Origin: Octopus sinensis
Taxonomy: Eukaryota
Length of the DNA stretch: 7,881 bases
Reading direction: 5' to 3'
NCBI RefSeq assembly: GCF_006345805.1
Contig: NW_021828705.1
Coordinates: forward strand, 1 to 7,881
Shown: positions 1 through 7,432 of the stretch, piece by piece
Layout: each line of letters opens with the position of its first letter
How positions within the stretch are numbered: position 1 is the first letter of the stretch
Notes under the pieces: model-generated
Told to the model about the DNA's origin: nothing
Seen by the model: only the letters and a program-made list of their open reading frames with translations
The model's database searches: none
Program-made: the position numbers and the translations under genes

Positions 1-57
1 CACACACACACACGCACACAAACACACACACACACGCTTACACGCTTACACATACAC
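1..57. repeat. Imperfect (CA)n microsatellite, truncated by the window edge
   Basis: CACACA run with occasional CG, AA and CTTA interruptions. Confidence 0.9.
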
Positions 58-384
58 ATCGTTTATTTGGTATTGTTATATACACTTCATGTCCATTATT
101 CAATGGGTTTGCTATACAATAATTATCCCGGTCTTGGTCCCTTGGCGCCCAAACGACCTGGGAGGAGGAGGTGATGATAGTGTTAGTAACATTAGTGGTG
201 GGCAGAGTTGAGATATAAACGCTTAATAATACTAACACTAACGCATGACTACCTCCCTCTTATTCTCCTAGTCTTTCTCTCTCACTCTGTGCCTCTCTCT
301 CTTTATGGTCTTTATCTGTCGTCCTCTTTCTCCCTACTACACGGCATTTCTGTCTATAACGCCATATCTCCGTCCGCCATATAG

Positions 385-441
<57 letters not shown>

Positions 442-470
442 GTCTGTCTATCTGTCTGTCTATCTATCTG

Positions 471-556
<86 letters not shown>
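385..556. repeat. (TATC)n tetranucleotide microsatellite with an internal TGTC-variant block
   Basis: About 43 tandem units; TGTC variants at ~441-472. Explains the IYLS-repeat ORFs. Confidence 0.97.
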
Positions 557-729
557 AGCCGAAATTGCGAGGATGATCCGGTTCTTGACTGAAGATTTGA
601 GGCTTCGAATGACCCGTCCGTTTTTTGTGTCGTCTATTTGAATGTTTTGTGTTCTTGTCCCATTTTGTATTTTTATGTTCATTTTTTATACATAAATTAT
701 TGCGGCGTAACGTACAGCTTGTTCTCTTA

Positions 730-815
<86 letters not shown>
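730..815. repeat. (TATC)n microsatellite
   Basis: Perfect TATC run, followed by degenerate TGTC and (CT)n sequence to ~890. Confidence 0.97.
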
Positions 816-1003
816 ACTACTGTCTGTCTAGTCTATCTTGTCTGTCATTTCTCTCTCTCATCTCTCTCTCTCTCTCTCTCACCCTCTCCTCGTCCTTTGT
901 GTATTATATCTGTCTACCAGAGTATAACGCCCCCTTCCCTGTCTTACATACACACGCCCACACACATACGCCCACATAGATACCTATATGCATACGTATA
1001 TAC

Positions 1004-1005
<2 letters not shown>

Positions 1006-1053
<48 letters not shown>
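1006..1053. repeat. (AT)n microsatellite
   Basis: Perfect AT dinucleotide run. Confidence 0.97.
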
Positions 1054-1055
<2 letters not shown>

Positions 1056-1221
1056 TATATAAATGTGTAGTTGTGTGTGTATGTATGTATATATGCACAT
1101 ATATACATAATTAAAGGGTAAGGAATGCAGATGGTAATCCTGTACTACATATGTTTCCAAGCTAATCCCCACATGTGTTACCTAACTCAAAATTACAACA
1201 CATGTATATGCAGCCTAGCTG

Positions 1222-1244
1222 CACAGACACACACACACGCACAC

Positions 1245-1282
<38 letters not shown>

Positions 1283-1302
1283 TCACACACATACACGCAC
1301 AC
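1222..1302. repeat. Imperfect (CA)n microsatellite
   Basis: CA run with a few interruptions. Confidence 0.92.
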
Positions 1303-1655
1303 AAGCGGTCAAGTTTGTTAAAGGAATGACGAAAGGCTACAGAATGTATGTTGTTCAGTATATACTTTATTGAAACAGATAATTTATCTTACATCTTGAG
1401 TTTCATGTCATCACAATCTTCAGGCGAGAACTGACACAAATTCCTGTCGGTAGTATATTTATATTCCTTTGATTGATTATGGTCTCATATTCAAGAGTTT
1501 GGTTTTTACATCTGTTGAATTGTTATTTCTATCACTTTTCATTGGACATTATCCAAAAACCTCAGCCCCTATTATTTAATATCCCCTATCACTATACTGT
1601 ATTACATATAAATACTACGGATCTCTCTACGTTATTGAAACTGGCAGTGCACACC

Positions 1656-1697
<42 letters not shown>

Positions 1698-1703
1698 CAT
1701 ATA

Positions 1704-1742
<39 letters not shown>

Positions 1743-1831
1743 TATATTGTGTTGTGGTGTATATATATATATATATACACATACATACATATATATATGT
1801 ATGTATGTATGTGTGTATGTATGTATAGATA
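1656..1831. repeat. Compound (TA)n/(TG)n/(TATG)n microsatellite
   Basis: Adjacent TG, TA, CATA and TATG tracts. Confidence 0.95.
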
Positions 1832-1898
1832 TGTTTCTTTATTAACCACACAGGGCTGCACACAGACAGAACAAATTACAAGGTAGAGCTTTTCTTTT
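1832..1898 (-). mobile_element. Retroposon 3' tail (LINE 3' UTR or SINE tail) ending in AATAAAGAAAC, followed by simple repeats
   Basis: Reverse complement of 1832-1875 aligns without gaps to the SINE 3' end at 5280-5323 (34/44 identical). Confidence 0.6.
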
Positions 1899-2033
1899 GG
1901 GGGTAAAAAAAGGGGGGCTGGTTTTCGATCAAAAGGGATCGTAAAAGGAAAGAAAGAGGACAAAAAAGGGGAGGATTTAAAAAGAGGGGGGGAGAGAAAA
2001 AAAAGAAAAGGGGAGAGGAAAAAAATTTGATCA

Positions 2034-2061
2034 ATGTATGTATGTATGTATGTATAGATAG

Positions 2062-2104
<43 letters not shown>
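2034..2104. repeat. Compound (ATGT)n-(AGAT)n microsatellite
   Basis: ATGT run to ~2054, then GATA run to 2104. Confidence 0.95.
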
Positions 2105-2106
2105 TC

Positions 2107-2204
2107 TGGCTTTAACACAGTTCCCGACTACCAAATTCACTCCCAAGTCACTGGACAGCCCGTTCCACAGCAGCAGTTACCGTGCAGTGAGGCTGAACCC
2201 GAAA
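2107..2204 (-). mobile_element. Old, degenerate fragment of the SINE family seen at 6354-6952 and 7433-7799
   Basis: 2118-2161 matches 7677-7720 at 37/44. TGCAGTGAGGCTGAACCCG (~2183-2201) matches TGCAGTGGGACTGAACCCG in the 6354-6952 copy. Confidence 0.75.
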
Positions 2205-2874
2205 ATAATTGACGCGGCTGCAGAGCGAGTTTCTTAACAATTTATGCTTACGTCTACACATCCATGGAGTGTTCTTCTAACAAAAAGGTTTCTTTTTATT
2301 TTCTGGAATTAAGCAAAACATGTTTTAGAAGAAAAAATTGAAAACAGTCACATAGAGTACGGCCTTCACGTTCAGAGGATGTAGATCAATGCAAAAATAC
2401 ATGTAGGTAGATTTGAAAACTGTGGCCTACAACCAGGGCCTATGAGAGGGAAGTTTAGTTAGGGCGTTATTGGTTCACGGCACGGAGAACCAAAGAAAGG
2501 GTCCCAGAAAATACAAGAAAGTGTTCTGTGAATTTCTCTGGCGGAGAAGAGCAAAAGTTCTCGTCGAAGCTCCGCGTACAGTTTGAAAACACACACACAC
2601 ATAGACCTACATATACATACATATTTACACACATACAAATGTATTCTTTCATACATAGGTGCATACATACGTACCTGCATTCAGTCATACGCGCATAAAA
2701 TCATATATATATATACATACAATCATATACCCGGCTGATCAATAAGTATCCGGACTGTTGCCATAGTAATGAAGCTAAAGCACGCAAAGTGAAGTTTTAA
2801 CGTTCTAGTTTACTTCCGTTGCTTACAGCACTGCTTGGAAGGAAGGTGTGTAGCATGTGATTGTCGCATTGACC

Positions 2875-3301
2875 ATGACAGAGGAAGCTATCATGGCGAT
2901 ACCTGCTCAGAGGCCTACGCGAAGTTGCAGAAAGAGTATGGAGAGGAGTGTATAAGCCGCACACAAGTATACGAGTGTCTCAGACGTTTCAAAGATTGCC
3001 AAGAAAATGTCGATATTGACGAACGTTTTGGGAAACTCGTAACTAACAGAATAGATGAGAAATCGCTGATGTGCGTGAAGCTGTGACGGCAAATCGTCGA
3101 ATCACCATCCGTGAGTTATCAGAGAATGTGCAGATTAGCTACGGTTCAGTTCTGTCTATTATCACCGAAGATTTAGGTACGAGACGCGTGTCTGCTGGTT
3201 TTGTGCCAAAACTGCTTTCAGCTGACCAAAAAGATAATCCGGTTTCAGTTGCACAAGATCTCTTTGACTGTGTCGTGAACGATGGAAATTTTTTGAAAAC
3301 T
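2875..3301 (+). pseudogene. Mariner transposase N-terminal remnant: two HTH DNA-binding regions plus linker, no catalytic domain
   Basis: ATG at 2875, then an out-of-frame deletion. Frame 1 reads GDTCSEAYAKLQKEYGEECISRTQVYECLRRFKDCQENVDIDER. After a 1-bp frameshift at ~3060 it reads IADVREAVTANRRITIRELSENVQISYGSVLSIITEDLGTRRVSAGFVPKLLSADQK...NFLKT. FVPKLL corresponds to the mariner WVPHEL linker. Homology stops just before the expected TGDE catalytic Asp. Confidence 0.9.
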
Positions 3302-3305
3302 TTCC

Positions 3306-3380
3306 TTAGGCCTTTGAGCGGGTATCGCCAAGCTTTTGGCAAAATTTGATGCAGATGCTCTGCTCAACTTTCTGTGTCAT
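3306..3380 (-). pseudogene. Inverted duplicate of the transposase start (24 codons plus stop)
   Basis: Reverse complement reads ATG ACA CAG AAA GTT GAG CAG AGC ATC TGC ATC AAA TTT TGC CAA AAG CTT GGC GAT ACC CGC TCA AAG GCC TAA = MTQKVEQSICIKFCQKLGDTRSKA*. It overlaps GDTCSEA of the + strand copy. Confidence 0.88.
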
Positions 3381-3762
3381 GGTCAATGCGACGATCGCAC
3401 GCTACACACGTTCCTTCAATGCACTGCTGTAAACAGAGTAAATGAGCTAGAACGCTAAAACTTAATGCACAGGGACATCAAAGTTCAAGGTCAATCTGTG
3501 CAGAGCGGCTTTACTCACCGTGCTTTAGCTTCGTTACTATGGCAACAATCCGGATACTTATTAATTAAACCACATATATGTAAGTACATTTATATATTTA
3601 TACATAGATGAATAAAGACCCACACACATACATGCTTGCGTAGATACATACAATATATTCATACGCACATAGAGCTCAATAAACATTTATGTATACACGC
3701 ATACATATTGCCATAGCAGAAATAGATATATACGTTCATACATGCAAGCATTCATGCATTCA

Positions 3763-4090
3763 TGGAGCACTCCGTCGGTTACGACGACGAGGGTCCCAGC
3801 TGATCCGGTCAACAGAACAGCTTGCTCGTGAAATTAACGTTCCGGTGGCTGAGTACTCCACAGACACGTGTATCCTTAATGCAGTTCTCAGGGAGATTCA
3901 GCTTGAGACAGTGTGTGACAAGGCTGGCCCTTTTGAAATACAGGTACTACTCATATTTGCCAGCTGAGTGGACTGAAGCAAGGTGGAATAAAAAGTCTTG
4001 CTTAAGGACACAACGCATCGCCGGGAATTGAACTCACGACCGTACGATCGTGAGCCGAATGCCCCTAACCACTAAGCCACGCGCCTTCAC
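3763..4090 (-). mobile_element. tRNA-derived SINE, apparently full length (family A)
   Basis: A box TGGCTTAGTGG (4069-4079) and B box GAGTTCAATTCC (4024-4035) on the minus strand. A CORE-like TGTGTCCTT-AGCAAGAC segment follows. Second copy at 5906-6176. Confidence 0.88.
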
Positions 4091-4106
4091 TATACATTCA
4101 CACTTA

Positions 4107-4320
4107 TGTGTAAGTGCGTGTGTGTATGTGTGTGTGAATGCATTTGTGTGCTTGTATGTGTGTGTGTGTGTATGTGTGTGTAAGTGCGTGTGTGTATGTG
4201 TGTGTGAATGCATTTGTGTGCTTGTATGTGTGTGTGTGTGTGTATGTGTGTGTAAGTGCGTGTGTGTATGTGTGTGTGAATGCATTTGTGTGCTTGTATA
4301 TGTGTGTGTGTATGTGTGTG
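4107..4320. repeat. Minisatellite: 3 copies of a 70-72-bp unit built from degenerate (TG)n
   Basis: TAAGTGCG recurs at 4111, 4181 and 4253, each followed by GAATGCATTTGTGTGCTTGTA. Confidence 0.93.
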
Positions 4321-4356
4321 TGTATGTGTGTGTGTGTGTGTGTGCATGCATTGCAT

Positions 4357-4387
4357 TGCCCCTAACCACTAAGCCACGCACCTTCAC
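4357..4387 (-). mobile_element. Isolated 31-bp SINE head (A box only) of family A
   Basis: 30/31 identical to 4060-4090, same orientation. Confidence 0.85.
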
Positions 4388-4410
4388 GTTAATCAATACT
4401 TGCAGTAATA

Positions 4411-4723
4411 TATTGTTTGTTCCTTCTCGAGCCATGCCTGGCTCATAAGGGCCGGTTTCCCGGTTTCCTTGGCGTATAGGTTCCCCACCTGGACGGGACG
4501 CCGGTCTGTCGCAGGTGAACTGTCGCAAGTTGCAGGAGGAAAGAGTGAGAGAAAGTTGTGGCGAAAGAGTCAGCAGAAGTTCACCATTACCTTCTGTCGG
4601 AGTCGCGTGGAGTTGAGGTGTTTCGCTCATAAACACACACACATATCGCCCGGTCTGAGATTCGAATCCGCGATCCCTCGATCGCGAGTCCGCTGCTCTG
4701 ACCGCTAGTCCATGTGCCTCCAC
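4411..4723 (-). mobile_element. tRNA-derived SINE (family B)
   Basis: Minus strand begins GTGGAGGCACATGGACTAGCGGTCAGAGC. A box TGGACTAGCGG (4702-4712), B-box-like GGATTCGAATCT (4658-4669), short internal (TG)n, ends GGCTCGAGAAGGAACAAACAA. Single copy in the window, so the 3' limit is approximate. Confidence 0.75.
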
Positions 4724-5090
4724 GCAGTAATACGTAGTTGTCATATATTGAACTAAAACGGAGTTGAGTCAAACAGATGTGGAGCGATTGTCCTTGTGTT
4801 ATAAAAAAAAAAGCAACAGCTTTTAATTAAACGTATTTGTTGATCTTTATCTATTTAGTGATTTATGGGGAGCTGCAAATTAACACGAGCTGGAGTAGAT
4901 CAATTGAAGCTGACTACAATACTAAGCCTACTATCTCTATGGATCATTGTATGTATGTATGTGTATATAATGTATATACTCGCTCCCTTTTAGGTGGCAC
5001 TAATTTACACCCATCTGTTATCTGTCGCATTGACGAAAATAGCGTCCTTACGCCGCAAACTCAAAACCGTTTTTACCAGATCTGCATATA

Positions 5091-5323
5091 AAGGCGGCGA
5101 GCTGGCAGAATCGTTAGCACGCCGGGCGAAATGCTTAGCAGTATTTCGTCTGCCGTTACGTTCCGAGTTCAAATTCCGCCGAGGTCGACTTTGCCTTTCA
5201 TACTTTCGGGGTCGATTAAATAAGTACCAGTTACGCACTGGGGTCGATATAATCGACTTAATCCGTTTGTCTGTCCTTGTTTGTCCACTCTGTGTTTAGC
5301 CCCTTGTGGGTAGTAAAGAAATA
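5091..5323 (+). mobile_element. tRNA-derived SINE (family C)
   Basis: A-box-like TGGCAGAATCG (5103-5113), B box GAGTTCAAATTCC (5165-5177), 3' end TAGTAAAGAAATA. Confidence 0.82.
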
Positions 5324-5324
5324 G

Positions 5325-5371
5325 GTATTTCGTCTGCCGCTACGTTCTGATTTCAAATTCCGCCGAGGTCG
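5325..5371 (+). repeat. 47-bp tandem restart of an internal family-C segment
   Basis: 44/47 identical to 5141-5187; begins immediately after the SINE 3' end. Confidence 0.92.
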
Positions 5372-5694
5372 GAAAATATGGTATCAAAGAATTAAAAGGG
5401 AGGTAAACGATAAAGTGTTGTTAGGAAAATCGACATTGTTTCATTACTATGACCATTTGTCTGGAACAAAGGAAACAATGGGAACAGCCACAGGACTTCC
5501 TGAAACTGAGGGACTCGTTTGGTAAGGAGAGGTTGTTAGACAAGCAAAAACTACAGTATGGGAAGTTAAGGGAAACGATGTGGACGAAGAAGGGACTGAA
5601 ATTGGGACAGGAATTTAGTTAGAACGGTCCTTGGATATGGAAAGAAACAAGCAAAGGCAGTTAAGTATGGAATGAAACGATTGTGTTCGCAGGT

Positions 5695-5737
5695 AGAGAG
5701 AAAGAGAGAGATGGAGAGATAGAGATGGAGAGAGAGA

Positions 5738-5772
<35 letters not shown>
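5695..5772. repeat. (GA)n microsatellite with GATG interruptions
   Basis: Purine dinucleotide run. Confidence 0.95.
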
Positions 5773-5774
<2 letters not shown>

Positions 5775-5905
5775 TAATCAAAATCGGGATAACTACGGCC
5801 CGGCTGAGAAATGAACCCCCACACACACATACACACACATACAAGCACACAGATGCACTCACACACACATACACACACCCACTTACACATAAGTGTGAAT
5901 GTATA

Positions 5906-6176
5906 GTGAAGGCGCGTGCCTTAGTGGTTAGGGCGTGGCTTAGTGGTGAGTTCAATTCCCGGCGATGCGTTGTGTCATTGAGCAAGACACTTTATTCCAC
6001 GTTGCTCCAGTCCACTCATCTGGCAAAAATGAGTAGTACCTGTATTTCAAAAGGGCCAGCCTTGTCACACACTGTCTCATGCTGAATCTCCCTGAGAACT
6101 GCATTAAGGATACACGTGTCTGTGGAGTACTCAGCCACCGGAACGTTAATTTCACGAGCAAGCTGTTCTGTTGACC
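5906..6176 (+). mobile_element. Family-A SINE copy, 3'-truncated, with a rearranged head
   Basis: 5946-6176 vs reverse complement of 3807-4037: 222/231 identical, no gaps. A box is duplicated at 5914-5928 and 5933-5947. Confidence 0.9.
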
Positions 6177-6353
6177 AACTCCACGGCACCGCTTTTGCAA
6201 TCATGTCCACAAAGCGCGGCTGAAATTTGTCATTTGTTCTCGGGTGTACAACCTGTTACTCCGCAAACCCCGCCATCCTTGCCATCCTCCGCTGCTTTAT
6301 TCTCTCTCCTCCCTTTATTTTCATCCTGTTTCTTAATTTACTAGGTGAGTTAC

Positions 6354-6952
<599 letters not shown>

Positions 6953-7166
6953 TGGGAGTTATGGGAGTTCGATCTTTTAAGCTTTTAATGTGTGTTTTCT
7001 TTCTTTTCTTCCTGTAAAAATATGTCAATAAAATGTGATTCGTAATTGTAAATCAAAAAGACAAAAAAAGAAAAAAACCAACAGGAAAAAAAACAAAAAG
7101 TAATAATTGAACATGATTGACAAAAACACTTTCATTATCAACTTACAAGCAAACAGAAATCTGCTC

Positions 7167-7184
7167 AGAGAGAGAGAGGGGGAC

Positions 7185-7220
<36 letters not shown>

Positions 7221-7262
7221 AAGAGAGGTGGGAGTGGGGAGAGAAGTGAGAGAGGAGGAGAC
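7167..7262. repeat. Degenerate (GA)n purine tract
   Basis: GA run with G-rich interruptions. Confidence 0.88.
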
Positions 7263-7353
7263 AGGGCAAATACGGAACATTTAAACGTTTCATATCAAAT
7301 AATACAGCGCCGAATCAGCGACTGCATATAGGCGGCGCCAAAGCAGCGGTGCC

Positions 7354-7403
7354 AGAATGTCTCATATCATGTGAGTAAAGAATGTCTTATATCATGGGAG
7401 TAA
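7354..7403. repeat. 25-bp tandem duplication
   Basis: AGAATGTCTCATATCATGTGAGTAA (7354-7378) and AGAATGTCTTATATCATGGGAGTAA (7379-7403), 23/25 identical. Confidence 0.88.
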
Positions 7404-7432
7404 AGGCAAGGTGGCATAAGATGTGGCTGGGA

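Larger units (their letters stand above)
2730..3574 (+). mobile_element. Non-autonomous mariner (Tc1/mariner superfamily) fold-back derivative with long inverted arms
   Basis: Inverted arms 2730-2926 and 3298-3574, e.g. AATAAGTATCCGGACTGTTGCCATAGTAATGAAGCTAAAGCACG vs its near-exact reverse complement. Flanked by TA at 2728-2729 and 3575-3576. Internal transposase remnant. Confidence 0.92.

Noticed and set aside
557-630. Possible hammerhead ribozyme or Penelope-like end (CTGAAGA...CGAAT...GTC, upstream CCGAAA)
   Set aside because: CUGANGA is present, but the downstream core is GAAU rather than GAAA, and I could not form stems I and II. Single copy in the window; an Infernal search with hammerhead models would settle it.
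1414-1455. Candidate 26-nt micro-exon (CTTCAG|GCGAGAACTGACACAAATTCCTGTCG|GTAGTA)
   Set aside because: Weak polypyrimidine tract and weak donor; unsupported without RNA data.
305-2146. ORFs rich in IYLS, HT, YI and VC repeats (also 4034-4744, 5566-5985, 6376-6857, 7107-7331)
   Set aside because: They are translations of microsatellites and SINEs that lack stop codons by composition; no domain signal.
2470-2493. Hairpin TTGGTTC-N10-GAACCAA
   Set aside because: A 7-bp stem is expected by chance in 8 kb, and there is no associated feature.
2728-3576. TA target-site duplication as independent proof of a transposition event
   Set aside because: Consistent with mariner, but both flanks are TA-rich, so the TSD and the exact termini (within 2 bp) are weak evidence.
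3689-4031. Near-identical ORFs at 3689-3967/3822-4031 and 5952-6200/6016-6210 as a duplicated gene
   Set aside because: They are antisense readings of the two family-A SINE copies.
4018-4090. tRNA genes at the SINE heads
   Set aside because: A/B boxes are present, but there is no complete cloverleaf with a 7-nt anticodon loop, and each head continues into a repeat body.
4107-4320. CRISPR-like or coding tandem repeat
   Set aside because: Units are contiguous with no unique spacers, are made of degenerate TG, and sit in eukaryotic repeat context.
5373-5620. Two overlapping stop-free stretches of ~50-57 codons (e.g. MTICLEQRKQWEQPQDFLKLRDSFGKERLL...) as an exon or LINE remnant
   Set aside because: No recognisable motif or convincing splice sites; purine-rich DNA gives such frames by chance. 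BLASTx would be needed.
7322-7337. CTGCATATAGGCGGCG resembling the family-C start and flank at 5082-5099
   Set aside because: Similarity is under 20 nt and does not extend to a B box or body; may be chance or a tiny relic.
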